NCBI GenBank assembly: GCA_964440925.1
Contig: CAYTWY010000002.1
Location: 1-50,659, forward strand
Direction: 5' to 3'
DNA: 50,659 bases
Source of the DNA: an uncultured Propionivibrio sp.
GTDB taxonomy: Bacteria > Pseudomonadota > Gammaproteobacteria > Burkholderiales > Rhodocyclaceae
Shown: in pieces, positions 37,844-48,353 of the stretch
Position numbering within the stretch: position 1 is the first letter of the stretch
Layout: every line of letters begins with the position of its first letter
Notes under the pieces: generated by a model
What the model was told of the DNA's origin: nothing
Seen by the model: only the letters and a program-made list of their open reading frames with translations
Databases searched by the model: none
Made by a program: the position numbers and the translations under genes

Positions 37844-38839
37844 TCAGGCAAAAACGTTGACCAGTCCGTTGCCCCGCTGGTTGTCCAGTTCTCTGCCCGG
37901 CAAGGAGCTTGTGCTCTCCATGACAAGTATAGCGTTATCGCCACGCCAGCGGGCGGAGCTGCCTTCTTGCCGATCCCCCGCCGATTGCTGGAACGATTCG
38001 GCGCTGACGTTCGTCTGGCCGAGTTCGATGCCGGCGCTGGCAAACATTTCACGCAGCCGTGGCAGCGCGGACTCGATGTTATCGCGCACTTCTGCACTGG
38101 CCGAGACAAAGGATGCCGTGGCGCTGTTTTTGTCCATGGTCAACGAGACTTCGATCGACCCCATGTGTGGTGGATTGAGGGTGATTTGCGCGCTTTGCTT
38201 GTCGCTATTGGCCAGCCAGACAATTTTATGGCCGAAATCCTGAGCCCAGTCGCGACTGTGCAGCGGTGTGGTGATATGGGCCGGAGTCTCGTTTTCCCTG
38301 GTTTGGACTGGCTGGAAATGGTGCGCCTGCGTCGCCGCGGTCGCCGCCGGATTCGTGCTCTGAATGCTTTCCCGGGCAGTGTGTTCGACCGTATCGCCTG
38401 TGCCCGGAATAGCGGCCTTTCTTGCGTCGGCAAATATTGCCGGTTTGTCCTCGGGGAGCGTTGCCCCGACTGGCGCCGGCTGTATTTTTTCGTCGCCGGC
38501 AGGCAGGACGGTGTCCGGTAAATCATGCGTGGACAGGGCGTCCATGCGCTGCCCGCTGGCGGGAATCTCCGGGTGAGCTGCCGGCGTTACGGTGGGTGGC
38601 AAGGGGAGCAGACCAAGGGCGCCGAGCAGCGGTTCGGCTTCGTTGTTCTCGGCAGCCGGAGCGTCTTCGAACGAATCGCCACCTTTTTCTGCGCCTATCG
38701 TTCCTTCGGCAAGAGCGGGAACCAGCTGGGTAAACAGCAGGCTGGCAAAGTCCTGTTCCGTTGCCTGTTCAGCGACGGTACGATCATTTGCAGTGGTTTG
38801 CGCCGGTTGGGGCGGAACCGAAACGGCTGTGATGGGCAT
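37844..38839 (-). CDS. fliK: Hook-length control protein FliK
   Basis: C-terminal AQITLNPPHMGSIEV...ALPRLREMF...GLVNVFA. ATG at 38839 follows AGGA and lies downstream of a sigma54 site. Confidence 0.92.
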   Translation of the reverse strand: MPITAVSVPPQPAQTTANDRTVAEQATEQDFASLLFTQLVPALAEGTIGAEKGGDSFEDAPAAENNEAEPLLGALGLLPLPPTVTPAAHPEIPASGQRMDALSTHDLPDTVLPAGDEKIQPAPVGATLPEDKPAIFADARKAAIPGTGDTVEHTARESIQSTNPAATAATQAHHFQPVQTRENETPAHITTPLHSRDWAQDFGHKIVWLANSDKQSAQITLNPPHMGSIEVSLTMDKNSATASFVSASAEVRDNIESALPRLREMFASAGIELGQTNVSAESFQQSAGDRQEGSSARWRGDNAILVMESTSSLPGRELDNQRGNGLVNVFA

Positions 38840-38872
38840 GGCGTTCCTTACGGCTTGTGTTACGTTGTCCTC

Positions 38873-38888
38873 AGCAAACTCCATGCCA
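38873..38888 (-). promoter_or_regulatory. Sigma-54 promoter upstream of fliK
   Basis: Minus strand TGGCATGGAGTTTGCT (GG-N10-GC) in the fliJ-fliK gap. Confidence 0.82.
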
Positions 38889-38920
38889 GAATGTGTTTCC
38901 AAGGAAAATGATCGGAGCGA

Positions 38921-39358
38921 TTATTTTCCGTCCTTGAAGCGGGTAGCGAATTCGTCCTGTATTTTTTGTTCCCGTCGGTTCTCGATGGCTTCTTCCTTGG
39001 CAAAGTGGCGTTCTGAGAGCGTATCGAAGGCTTTGAGTTTTTTTCGTTGCTGCTGCCACTGCTGCTGTCCGGTCGTCGTGTCCAGCTCGTGCTGGCGAAC
39101 GATTTTTTGCTGGGCGGCAATGGCTTCGTCGAGCCGGTCGAGAAAATCCTGAAAATTGCGCCATTCGCGCTGCGATAGTCCGCTTTCGGCCGACTGGCGG
39201 AAGCGGACGGCGTATTCATCGCGGTATTGCAGCAAAACGGTGAGTTTGTTCTTGGCGTCGCGCTCGCTGGAGAGCAAGTGGGCAAGTTGGAGTGTCGCCT
39301 CATCGGCCCGGATTTTCATGAGTTCATGAACGGTCTGCAGGGAGAAGGGTTTGGGCAT
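38921..39358 (-). CDS. fliJ: Flagellar export protein FliJ
   Basis: LLQYRDEY...NFQDFLDRLDEAI...REQKIQDEFA; lies between fliI and fliK. Confidence 0.94.
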   Translation of the reverse strand: MPKPFSLQTVHELMKIRADEATLQLAHLLSSERDAKNKLTVLLQYRDEYAVRFRQSAESGLSQREWRNFQDFLDRLDEAIAAQQKIVRQHELDTTTGQQQWQQQRKKLKAFDTLSERHFAKEEAIENRREQKIQDEFATRFKDGK

Positions 39359-39436
39359 GATATTTCTCAGAAAACGGGGCAGGGCGGGTCATTTGCGCGG
39401 TGCGCTGGTTTTGCCTCCGTGGTTTCAGTAATTTTC

Positions 39437-40876
39437 CTAGCGTTGTGCGCCAAACAGGCCATAGAGCTGATCGATGCTGCTGGCGTAATCGGCGCGCTGA
39501 TCGAGCGCCTGTTGCAGGAAGTGCTCAAAGCTGGGGTAAAGCTTGATGGCCTGATCGAGCAGCGGGTCGGAGCCGGAGGCGTAGGCGCCGACACTGATCA
39601 GGTCGAGTGAACGCTGGTAGCGGGTGTACATCTGTTTGAAATGCCGGATTTTTTCAAAATGGTCGGCATCGATCAGATTGACCATGGCGCGCGAGATGGA
39701 CTGCTCGATGTCAATGGCCGGATAGTGACCGGCATCGGCCAGCCGCCTGGTCAGCACGATATGGCCATCGAGGATGGCGCGTGCGGCATCGGCAATCGGA
39801 TCCTGCTGGTCGTCGCCTTCGGCAAGTACAGTATAAAAGGCAGTAATTGATCCGCCGCCATTGGCGCCGTTTCCCGCTCTTTCGACAAGTTGCGGCAGGC
39901 GGGCAAAAACCGATGGTGGATAGCCGCGGGTAACTGGCGGCTCGCCGATCGCCAGAGCGATTTCGCGTTGCGCCATGGCAAAGCGGGTGAGCGAATCCAT
40001 GATCAGCAGAACGTGCCGGCCCTGGTCACGGAAATATTCGGCAATCGATGTGGCATAGGCGGCTCCTTGCAGGCGCATCAGCGGGCTGACGTCGGCCGGG
40101 GCGGCGACAACGACCGAGCGGCGTAGTCCTTCCTCGCCGAGGATCTGCTCGATGAATTCCTTTACTTCGCGGCCGCGTTCGCCGATCAGGCCGACGACGA
40201 TGATTTCCGCCGTGGTATAACGAGCCATCATGCCGAGCAGTACACTTTTACCGACGCCGGAGCCGGCAAACAGTCCCATACGTTGTCCGCGGCCGACGGT
40301 GAGCAGGGCGTTGATCGAACGCACGCCGACATCCAGTGCATGGTCGATCGGGGCGCGCGACATGGGGTTGATCGGACGTCCCTGCAGCGGGCGCAGACCG
40401 TCGGTCAGCAATGGACCATGCTGGTCGAGCGGCCGTCCTGCGCCATCGACGATACGTCCGAGCAGGGCATCTCCGACGGGTAGCAGTTTGGCCCGGTCGA
40501 CGGCGCGTCGCCGGGCGGGCGGTTTCTGTCCGAGTTTGGGAGTGGGGGCCGGCGTTTCCAGGGCGACGACGCGCGCTCCGGGCGGTAATCCATAAACGTC
40601 CTCGGAGGGCATCAGGAAGAGCTTCTCGCCGTTAAAGCCGACGACCTCGGCCTCGATCGGCGATCCTCCGGCAGGAAGAATGCGGCACGAACTACCCAGC
40701 GGCAATTTGAGACCCGCCGCTTCCATGACCAGCCCGTTGATGCGCGTCAGGTGCCCGTTGGCCAGGAGCGGCGAGGCCTGGGCGAGAGCGGTGCGGCAGT
40801 TTTCAAGAAAGCCGTTCCAGCGGGCGATGCGTTCGTTTTTCCCGGCTTCGCTCATGGGACGTTCAGGGTTTGTCAT
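39437..40876 (-). CDS. fliI: Flagellar export ATPase FliI
   Basis: [44 protein letters not shown]. Confidence 0.98.
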   Translation of the reverse strand: MTNPERPMSEAGKNERIARWNGFLENCRTALAQASPLLANGHLTRINGLVMEAAGLKLPLGSSCRILPAGGSPIEAEVVGFNGEKLFLMPSEDVYGLPPGARVVALETPAPTPKLGQKPPARRRAVDRAKLLPVGDALLGRIVDGAGRPLDQHGPLLTDGLRPLQGRPINPMSRAPIDHALDVGVRSINALLTVGRGQRMGLFAGSGVGKSVLLGMMARYTTAEIIVVGLIGERGREVKEFIEQILGEEGLRRSVVVAAPADVSPLMRLQGAAYATSIAEYFRDQGRHVLLIMDSLTRFAMAQREIALAIGEPPVTRGYPPSVFARLPQLVERAGNGANGGGSITAFYTVLAEGDDQQDPIADAARAILDGHIVLTRRLADAGHYPAIDIEQSISRAMVNLIDADHFEKIRHFKQMYTRYQRSLDLISVGAYASGSDPLLDQAIKLYPSFEHFLQQALDQRADYASSIDQLYGLFGAQR

Positions 40877-41549
40877 CCAGCCATTCGGGACTTAGCCCGA
40901 TGGATTCGATGATTCGGCGCCAGCGGGTTTGCAAGGTAGCATCGACTTCGCTGGCGCCATGTTCGACGCGGCAACCGCCGGGCGTCAGCGAGGCCTCTTC
41001 GACGATGCGCCAGTTATTGTGTGCCAGCTGTTCGCCGAGATGAGTTCGGATCAGCGCCGCGTCGTCGGGGTGCACGAAAAGAGCTGGGTGTCCGCCGTGC
41101 GTGTGCAGTGTCGATATGGCTTCGCGGATGATCGGCAGCAGCAGTTCGGGTTTGACGCGCAGGCTTTGCCCCATCATTTGCCGCGCGACCTCGAGCGCCG
41201 TAGCTAGCAATTGATCGGCAACCTGTTGGTCGAGATGGCTCAATGCCTGTTCCAGGGTGCTCAGCACGGAACTGATGCGGTCGGCGATGGCGCGTGCAGC
41301 TAGGAGACCCTCGGCATGTCCGGCCGCGTAGCCTTGCTGTTCCGCTTCCGAATACATGCGTTCGATATCGGCGGCAGTAGGCAGGGTGACCGACGCAGGC
41401 GGCGCGGATTCGCTGGTCGTCTTTTCCTGTGTCTTTTCTTCGGCTTTTTGTTTCGCCGCACGGGTAGACGCCTGTTCGGCTTCGTCGAACGCGGCGACTT
41501 CCCAGCGCTGGTAGGCGGTGAGTTTTTCCTTGGGAACGAATCCGGTCAT
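40863..41549 (-). CDS. fliH: Flagellar assembly protein FliH
   Basis: [19 protein letters not shown] (GxxxG), VHPDD, GGCRV...VDATLQTRW. Confidence 0.95.
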   Translation of the reverse strand: MTGFVPKEKLTAYQRWEVAAFDEAEQASTRAAKQKAEEKTQEKTTSESAPPASVTLPTAADIERMYSEAEQQGYAAGHAEGLLAARAIADRISSVLSTLEQALSHLDQQVADQLLATALEVARQMMGQSLRVKPELLLPIIREAISTLHTHGGHPALFVHPDDAALIRTHLGEQLAHNNWRIVEEASLTPGGCRVEHGASEVDATLQTRWRRIIESIGLSPEWLDDKP

Positions 41550-41562
41550 GGCGTTTGCATGT

Positions 41563-42561
41563 TCAGATCATCTCCTCGCCACCGGCTCCGCCAAGCACGA
41601 TCTGACCCTCGTCGGCCAAGCGGCGGACGATCTTGAGGATTTCCTTTTGTTCCGCCTCGACTTCTGAGAGGCGCACCGGGCCGCGCGATTCGAGGTCTTC
41701 GCGTAGCATTTCCGCTGCGCGTTGCGACATGTTCTTGAAAATTTTCTCGCGCAGAGGTTCCGAGGCGCCCTTCATGGCCAGGATTAGCGAGTCCGACTGG
41801 ATTTCGCGCAAAAGCAACTGGATGGCCCGGTCGTCGAGGTCGAGCAGGTTCTCGAAGACGAACATTTCGTCGAGGACGCGCTGCGCGAGGTCGGGATCGT
41901 ACTCGCGAATCGAATCGATGACGGTCGTCTCGTTGGCCGTGCCCATGAAATTGAGGATTTCTGCCACCGAACGCACGCCGCCCATGGCCGATTTCTTGAT
42001 GTTGGCCGAACCCGAGAGCAGGCGCAGCATGACGTCGTTGAGTTCCTTCAGCGCTTCCGGCTGGATGCCTTCGAGTGTCGCGACGCGCAGAACCACGTCG
42101 TTGCGCAGGCGTTCGGTGAAGTGGTTGAGGATGTCGCTGGCGTGATCCCGCTCAAGATGCACGAGGATGGTGGCAATGATTTGCGGATGTTCGTTGCGGA
42201 TGATGTCGGCCACCGTCGGCGCATCCATCCATTTGAGCCCCTCGATGCCGTTGGTGTCGCCGCCTTGCAGAATGCGCGAAATGAGGTTGGCCGCCTTGTC
42301 GTCGCCCAGCGCCTTGGTCAGGACGGAGCGTACGTAAGCGTCGGTATCGATGTGAACAGCCGCAGATTCGCGCGCCGTTTTGTGGAAATCGGCCAGGACG
42401 CTTTCGACCTTGGTGCGCGGCACCGTTTTCATTCCGGCGATGGCATGCCCCAGTTTCTGCACCTCCTTTGGTCCGAGATGTTTGAGCACTTCCGAAGCGA
42501 AGTCCTCGCCAAGGGCGATGAGCAGAATGGCGCTTTTTTCTACACCGTCGTCAACCGGCAT
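41563..42561 (-). CDS. fliG: Switch protein FliG
   Basis: EHPQIIATIL, MGGVRSVAEILN, MFVFENL, NMSQRAA, GPVRLSEVE. Confidence 0.97.
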   Translation of the reverse strand: MPVDDGVEKSAILLIALGEDFASEVLKHLGPKEVQKLGHAIAGMKTVPRTKVESVLADFHKTARESAAVHIDTDAYVRSVLTKALGDDKAANLISRILQGGDTNGIEGLKWMDAPTVADIIRNEHPQIIATILVHLERDHASDILNHFTERLRNDVVLRVATLEGIQPEALKELNDVMLRLLSGSANIKKSAMGGVRSVAEILNFMGTANETTVIDSIREYDPDLAQRVLDEMFVFENLLDLDDRAIQLLLREIQSDSLILAMKGASEPLREKIFKNMSQRAAEMLREDLESRGPVRLSEVEAEQKEILKIVRRLADEGQIVLGGAGGEEMI

Positions 42562-44266
42562 TGGAACCTGTCCAGTCTTTGATGATATTGGCGACGACCT
42601 TCGGATCTTGCTGTGCCATGTCGCGCGCCTGTTCAAGCTTGCGTTCGAGGATGGCGGCGCCCGATGGCGCCTGTTCTTCCGCGTCCTCGTCCACAATATT
42701 GACCCGTCCGCCAAGCGTTTTCCCCACGTGCCTGGGGGACGCTTCCAGCATGGTCTTGAGCAGGGGACGGATGACCTTGAGTACGAGATAGGCGACGATG
42801 CCGGCAATGGCCGCGTATTTGAACAGCTCCTTGAGCAGGGAAATGATTTCCGGATCCTTCCATACGGGGATGTCCGAGTCGCTGCGTTCGATAGCGGAGA
42901 AGGGGGCGTTGGCCACCGATACCGTATCGCCGCGCTCCTTGTTGAAACCGAGAGCCTCCTTGACCAGTTCGCCGATCTGCTTGATTTCGGCGTCGGAGAG
43001 CGGCTTCATCTGCCCTTTGGCGTCCTTGCGGTGGTTGATGACGATGGCCGCCGAGAGGCGCTTGATGTTGCCGACCGACTGTTTGGTATGGCGGATCGTC
43101 TTGTCGACTTCATAGTTGATCGTCGAGTCCTTGCGCGTATTGATCGGTTGTCCGACGCTGGCAATCGGCGCCTGGATGCCGGCAGCGTTCAGTTGTCCGG
43201 GCAGCGGCTGCCCGGCATTCGTCACCGCGCCGGCGCCGGGGACGGCTGGCTGGGTCAATGGCGCGCTGGCGGGAACTGGCGGCTGGTTGCTGAGGGCGCC
43301 GGGAATGCCTTGTGCCGACGCGGTGGCGCTGGCCGATTCGCTGGTCTGCTGGCTACGGATACTGATCTCGGGAGGGGTCGTGTTGGGCCGGTGTGTTTCC
43401 GCGGTCTGTTCGCTTTGCGAGAAGTCTACATCGGCCGCGACCTGAACCCGGGCGTTGCCTTGGCCGACAATGGGGATGAGGATGTCTTCCACGCGCTTGA
43501 TGGCTCTGGCTTCGATTTCCTGCACGTATTTGATCTGCGTCGGATCAAGGCCGGCTTCCATCAGTTTGCTCTTCAGTTGCGAGAGCATGCTGCCATTCTG
43601 GTCGATCAGTGTGACGCTGTTGACGGCCAGACTGGGGACGCTTGCGGCAACGAGGTTCTGGATGCCGGCAATCTGCGCCGGTTCCAGCGAACGTCCGGGG
43701 TAAAGGTTGAGCAAAACCGAAGCCGATGGTTTCAACTCCTCGCGCACGAAGACTGTTGGCTTGGGAATGGCCAGGTGGACGCGCGCCGCCTGTACGGCGC
43801 TGATCGACTGGATCGTGCGCGCCAGTTCGCCTTCCAGGCCGCGCTGATAATTGACCTGTTCGGCAAACTGGCTGATACCGAATTTCTGGTTCTCCATCAG
43901 CTCGAAACCGACCGCGCCGCCTTTCGGCAGGCCTTGCGAGGCAAGGCGTAGACGTACTTCATGTACCTTGCTGCCGGGAATCAGGATGGCCCCGCCGCTG
44001 TCGTTGAATTTGTAAGGAACGTTGAGCTGTTCGAGCGCGGCGATGATGGCGCCGCCGTCGCGTTCCGAGATGTTGGAAAAGAGAATGCGATAGTCGGCCT
44101 GCTTGAGCCAGGTGCTGCTGGCAACCAGCAAGGCGATCACGGCGGCAAATGCCACCATGAGCAGGATTTTCTGCGAGTTGCTCAGGCGTGACAGTGCCTG
44201 GCGCAGACGTTCGGAGAGGCTTTCTGCGCCGGTCGCTGTTGTTGTATTCATCCCTGTGGTCGCCAT
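42551..44266 (-). CDS. fliF: MS-ring protein FliF
   Basis: GFELMENQKFGISQF, LEGELARTI, ARVHLAIPK, GIPGALSNQP, NYEVDK, GFNKERGD. Confidence 0.97.
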   Translation of the reverse strand: MATTGMNTTTATGAESLSERLRQALSRLSNSQKILLMVAFAAVIALLVASSTWLKQADYRILFSNISERDGGAIIAALEQLNVPYKFNDSGGAILIPGSKVHEVRLRLASQGLPKGGAVGFELMENQKFGISQFAEQVNYQRGLEGELARTIQSISAVQAARVHLAIPKPTVFVREELKPSASVLLNLYPGRSLEPAQIAGIQNLVAASVPSLAVNSVTLIDQNGSMLSQLKSKLMEAGLDPTQIKYVQEIEARAIKRVEDILIPIVGQGNARVQVAADVDFSQSEQTAETHRPNTTPPEISIRSQQTSESASATASAQGIPGALSNQPPVPASAPLTQPAVPGAGAVTNAGQPLPGQLNAAGIQAPIASVGQPINTRKDSTINYEVDKTIRHTKQSVGNIKRLSAAIVINHRKDAKGQMKPLSDAEIKQIGELVKEALGFNKERGDTVSVANAPFSAIERSDSDIPVWKDPEIISLLKELFKYAAIAGIVAYLVLKVIRPLLKTMLEASPRHVGKTLGGRVNIVDEDAEEQAPSGAAILERKLEQARDMAQQDPKVVANIIKDWTGSNAG

Positions 44267-44370
44267 GCCTGCGATAATGTGTGAACTCTGCGATTAATCA
44301 AGCAAAAAGCGAAAAGCGCTAAGAATTATTCTACTATTGTATCTGCTAATTGCGCGGGATTTTCCAACGA

Positions 44371-45567
44371 ATGAATGAGGTCACGCAAATCGCAGTTCCC
44401 GAGGTCAAGGCGCAGGAGTTGCAGCATGCCTTCGATGTGTTCAATCAGGTTTCCCTCGAGCTGACCCAGGCTTATGAGGGCTTGCAGGCAAAGGCCGAGT
44501 CACTGACGGCCGAACTGGCGCTGGCCAATGGCGAATTGCGGCGTCAGTATCAGGAGAAAGAAGCACTTTCCGAACGCTTGGCCTTGTTGTTGAACGCCCT
44601 GCCAGCGGGGGTCGTGGTTCTCGACAATACCGGCATGGTCAGCGAGGCTAATCCGGCAGCACGCCGGATGTTCGGTGAAAGTATCATCGACAGCGACTGG
44701 AACGGACTGAGCCGGCAGTATCTGAAATCCAGCGAGGCGCCGGACGAATGGCAACTCGGTTCGCGGCGAGTGGTGATTGCCGAAAGTCCACTCGATTCTG
44801 CCGGTGGACGCCTGTTGCTGATTCACGACATTACCGTGGCACATGAATTGAAGGCCAATGCCGAGCGTAATCAACGTCTGGCGGCGATGGGCGAGATGGC
44901 GGCCTCGTTGGCGCACCAGCTGAGAACGCCTCTGGCGACAGCGCTGCTCTACAGCGCCAACCTGGCGCAACCCGATCTTTCCGGCGAGGCGCGCGCACGC
45001 TTTGCGGGAAAGGCCACCGAACAGTTGCGGCGCCTCGAACGACTGATTCAGGACGTTTTGCTTTTCGCGCGCGGTGAAAGCATCGGTCGCGACCGGGTTG
45101 TGGTCGAAGCGCTGATCGCCGAGGCGGCGCAAACCATGGAACCGTTATGTCAGGAAAAAGGCGTTCGTTTCTCAGCGCGCTGCAAGGTCGGCGAATCCTT
45201 GCTCATGGGGAGTCGCAAAGCCTTGAGTGGCGCGCTCCTTAATCTGCTGGAAAATGCTCTGCAGGCTTGTGAACGCCGCGGCGGCGAGGGGGGGGAGATT
45301 GCTCTGTCCGCCGGAATTGAAGCGGACGGAGGGTGGGTTCGCATCGAGGTGCGCGATACCGGTGGCGGTATCGCTCCGGAAGCGCAGGCCAAAATTTTCG
45401 AGCCCTTTTTCACCACGCGTGGTCAGGGGACCGGATTGGGCCTGGCCATTGCGCTGGGTGTGGTGCGGGCACATGGCGGCAGCATCGAGGTCACTTCGAC
45501 CCTCGGTCAGGGATCGGAATTTGCCGTTCTGCTGCCGGTCGGTGCGGCGCCGGATGCCGCATCGTGA
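44371..45567 (+). CDS. fleS: PAS-domain sensor histidine kinase FleS/FlrB
   Basis: Soluble coiled coil plus PAS (LPAGVVVLD...ANPAA); H-box LAHQLRTPL; NLLENA, DTGGG, FFTT, GTGLGL. Confidence 0.9.
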   Translation: MNEVTQIAVPEVKAQELQHAFDVFNQVSLELTQAYEGLQAKAESLTAELALANGELRRQYQEKEALSERLALLLNALPAGVVVLDNTGMVSEANPAARRMFGESIIDSDWNGLSRQYLKSSEAPDEWQLGSRRVVIAESPLDSAGGRLLLIHDITVAHELKANAERNQRLAAMGEMAASLAHQLRTPLATALLYSANLAQPDLSGEARARFAGKATEQLRRLERLIQDVLLFARGESIGRDRVVVEALIAEAAQTMEPLCQEKGVRFSARCKVGESLLMGSRKALSGALLNLLENALQACERRGGEGGEIALSAGIEADGGWVRIEVRDTGGGIAPEAQAKIFEPFFTTRGQGTGLGLAIALGVVRAHGGSIEVTSTLGQGSEFAVLLPVGAAPDAAS

Positions 45568-45670
45568 CGACCCGGCCGGGCGGTGTCGCACAGGTTTATT
45601 TGTGCGCACTGTCGTATCCCTTGTACAGTGTGCGTAGGTTTTCTTATTCTTTGTTGATGATTTGCGGAAA

Positions 45671-47029
45671 ATGGCACACGGATTACCCATATTGATCGTC
45701 GAGGATGACCTCCATTTGCGCGAGGCGGTTTGCGATACGCTCGAACTGGCCGGTCAACCGGTGATTTCAGCTTCCGGCGGTGACGAGGCGCTCGCCCTGC
45801 TCGGAACGCAGGCGGTATCGCTGGTGGTCAGCGATGTGCGCATGATGCCGATGGACGGCATTGCCCTGCTCAAGGAAATTCGTCGCCGTTTCCCGCATCT
45901 TCCGGTGGTGTTGATGACCGCTTTCGCCGACGTTGATCGTGCCGTCGAGGCCATGCGCTCGGGAGCCTGCGATTTTCTCCTCAAGCCCTTCGAGCCGAAG
46001 GCTCTGCTTGATCATGTGGCGCGCTATCGACTGCCGCAGGCGATGGATGATGCGCGGGTGATCGCCGAGGATGCGGTGAGCCGCAATCTGTTTGCCTTGG
46101 CCATGCGTGTGGCGCAGACCGATACCACGGTGCTGCTGACCGGGGAAAGTGGCGTCGGCAAGGAGGTCGTGGCGCGCTATATTCACAACCATTCGGCACG
46201 GCATGCCGGCCCCTTTGTCGCGATCAACTGCGCCGCCATTCCGGACAGCCTGTTGGAAGCGACGCTGTTCGGCTACGAGAAAGGCGCATTTACCGGCGCG
46301 CAGCAAGCACAGGCCGGCAAGTTCGAGCAGGCGCAGGATGGTACGCTGTTGCTCGACGAAGTGACGGAAATGCCTCTCGGACTACAGGCCAAACTGCTGC
46401 GTGTTCTGCAGGAGCGGGAAGTCGAGCGCGTTGGCGGCAAGAAGCCGGTGGCGCTCAATATCCGCATCATCGCCACGTCGAACCGCGACATGGCCGAGGC
46501 GGTGGCCAAGGGCGTGTTGCGCGAAGATGTGTATTACCGGCTCAATGTCTTTCCCTTGCTGATTCCCGCCCTGCGCCAGCGGCTTGAGGATATTGTTCCG
46601 CTGGCACGCCATTTTCTGGCCGAACATGGTGGTCGCTGCGGACGTGCCGGGCTGCGCCTGTCACCCGGGGCGGAAGTCGTGTTGCGTGCGCATTCCTGGC
46701 CGGGCAACGTGCGCGAACTGGAGAACGTGATGCAGCGTGCGGTCATTTTTTCCGTCGGCGAGTGCGTTGAACCCGAAGCTTTGCACCTGGCGCCGGCGGC
46801 ACCTGTCGTTTCCGTCGGCGAAAGCGTTCTGCCGCAGGACAACTCCCCGTCTCCGGCTGAAGCTGCGCGAACCGACAATCTGCGCGATCTGGAGCGGGAG
46901 CATATCCTGGAAACGCTGGCGGCAGTCGGCGGGTCGCGCAAACAGGCGGGAGAGCGGCTGGGTATGTCGGAACGCACCTTGCGTCACAAACTCAAACAAT
47001 ACCGTGAAGCGGGTTTTTTCAACGAGTAA
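45671..47029 (+). CDS. fleR: Sigma-54-dependent response regulator FleR/FlrC
   Basis: Receiver (SDVRM), AAA+ GESGVGKE, GAFTGA, LLDEV, WPGNVRELEN, Fis-type HTH; paired with fleS upstream of fliE. Confidence 0.92.
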   Translation: MAHGLPILIVEDDLHLREAVCDTLELAGQPVISASGGDEALALLGTQAVSLVVSDVRMMPMDGIALLKEIRRRFPHLPVVLMTAFADVDRAVEAMRSGACDFLLKPFEPKALLDHVARYRLPQAMDDARVIAEDAVSRNLFALAMRVAQTDTTVLLTGESGVGKEVVARYIHNHSARHAGPFVAINCAAIPDSLLEATLFGYEKGAFTGAQQAQAGKFEQAQDGTLLLDEVTEMPLGLQAKLLRVLQEREVERVGGKKPVALNIRIIATSNRDMAEAVAKGVLREDVYYRLNVFPLLIPALRQRLEDIVPLARHFLAEHGGRCGRAGLRLSPGAEVVLRAHSWPGNVRELENVMQRAVIFSVGECVEPEALHLAPAAPVVSVGESVLPQDNSPSPAEAARTDNLRDLEREHILETLAAVGGSRKQAGERLGMSERTLRHKLKQYREAGFFNE

Positions 47030-47040
47030 GCCGGATCGTC

Positions 47041-47056
47041 TGGCGCGTTTCTTGCT
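47041..47056 (+). promoter_or_regulatory. Sigma-54 promoter upstream of fliE
   Basis: TGGCGCGTTTCTTGCT (GG-N10-GC). Confidence 0.82.
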
Positions 47057-47087
47057 GTTCATTGTAGAGACGTGAGTGGAGGTTGAT

Positions 47088-47408
47088 ATGGATAGCCAGG
47101 GAATCGATCAGATGTTGAGCGTGCTGCGTGCCACGGCGGCGCAGGCAAGCGGCTCGACGCCTGCACCGCAGGCCGGAGCCGGCGGTGTCGATTTTGCGCA
47201 GGTGCTGAAAAATTCGATTGCGCAGGTGAGTCAGACGCAGCAGCAGGCGGAAGCGCTGGCGGCAAATTTTGCCGCCGGGGACAGTAATACCAATCTGCAT
47301 GAGGTCATGATTTCCCTGCAGAAAGCCAATATCTCGTTTCAGGAAATGGTGCAGGTGCGCAACAAACTCGTTTCTGCCTATCACGATGTGATGAACATGC
47401 AGGTCTGA
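47088..47408 (+). CDS. fliE: Hook-basal body protein FliE
   Basis: LHEVMISLQKA...VQVRNKLVSAYHDVMNMQV; GGAGG RBS before ATG 47088. Confidence 0.96.
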   Translation: MDSQGIDQMLSVLRATAAQASGSTPAPQAGAGGVDFAQVLKNSIAQVSQTQQQAEALAANFAAGDSNTNLHEVMISLQKANISFQEMVQVRNKLVSAYHDVMNMQV

Positions 47409-47427
47409 TGGCTTTCCCGGGAATGAG

Positions 47428-47451
47428 CGACGGCGCCTGCGGGCGCCGTCG
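47428..47451. terminator. GC-rich hairpin between convergent fliE and ycgR (probable terminator)
   Basis: CGACGGCGCC-TGCG-GGCGCCGTCG 10-bp stem, followed by TCGTTTGTT on +. Confidence 0.7.
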
Positions 47452-47469
47452 TCGTTTGTTATGGCCGGA

Positions 47470-48267
47470 TCAGACCAGTCCGTTCAGACGTGCCTTGCGT
47501 TCGCGCTCGACGCGGGTGATGTAGCGTTGCACCATGGCCAAGCGCGGTGATGGCAAATCAACGAATTCGCAGCCGACGCGCATGTAGTTCAGACCGTTGC
47601 GCGTGGTGACGTCGAACATGTTGCGCACGTGTAGCGTGGCGATGAGCAGCCCTTCATCGGGCAAGGCGATCCTGCTTTCCGGCAGAGTTTGCTGCTGGTT
47701 CAACAGGTTCGCAATGTCAGGGGTAACCATCAGGCCGATGCCGCCGCCGCTGATATCGAGAAGCGGCACCTCGATGCTCAGGGCACTGCCGTCGCTTCTG
47801 TGCAGGGTGGAGATTATTTTGACCGGAGTGGCGATCGGCGTGGAGAGGCGGAAGTATTCGCGCCGTTGCAGGCGCAGCAGGGCATCGGGAATCCTGGCGA
47901 AGAAGGCCGGGCGCCCCTCGTGCTGAGTGGCGAACAGGGCATCAATGCGGAATTGAACTTTCACCTTGTCGACGACGGTTGTCAGGATCAGCGATTGCGC
48001 CAGCAGCGCCTTGCGGTTCATTTCGTCGTCGCCGCCCAGATCGAGGACGAATCCCTGCCGTTCGGCATCCAGAGCGATCATCGAGGTAAGCAGGAAGGAC
48101 TGTTGATGATCGAAATGGACGGTAATCAGCGCGCCTTTCTGGACGACGGTACGTAGTACCGCAAGAATTTCCGCTTTTGAGTAGAGCAGATAACGGCTGT
48201 ACTCGTCGCTTTGTTCAAGCTCGATTCCGGAGGGCGATTGCCGGGAGTCCGCGGCGGTGGCGGTCAT
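47470..48267 (-). CDS. ycgR: c-di-GMP-binding flagellar brake YcgR
   Basis: YcgR N-domain plus PilZ motifs QRREYFR (RxxxR) and DISGGG (DxSxxG). Confidence 0.93.
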   Translation of the reverse strand: MTATAADSRQSPSGIELEQSDEYSRYLLYSKAEILAVLRTVVQKGALITVHFDHQQSFLLTSMIALDAERQGFVLDLGGDDEMNRKALLAQSLILTTVVDKVKVQFRIDALFATQHEGRPAFFARIPDALLRLQRREYFRLSTPIATPVKIISTLHRSDGSALSIEVPLLDISGGGIGLMVTPDIANLLNQQQTLPESRIALPDEGLLIATLHVRNMFDVTTRNGLNYMRVGCEFVDLPSPRLAMVQRYITRVERERKARLNGLV

Positions 48268-48353
48268 TTTGGATCCTGAAAACGTTTGCGGCGCAGCGAG
48301 TCTAATGCAAATCCGGTGGCGGGGGAATGCGGGGGAAAGGCAGGGAACGCATG

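Noticed and set aside
42380-43951. 523-aa plus-strand ORF, and similar long ORFs 15289..16665, 26457..27698, 11008..12033 and 25307..26215
   Set aside because: Each lies antisense to well-conserved flagellar or chemotaxis genes and has no recognisable motifs; typical of GC-rich codon bias.
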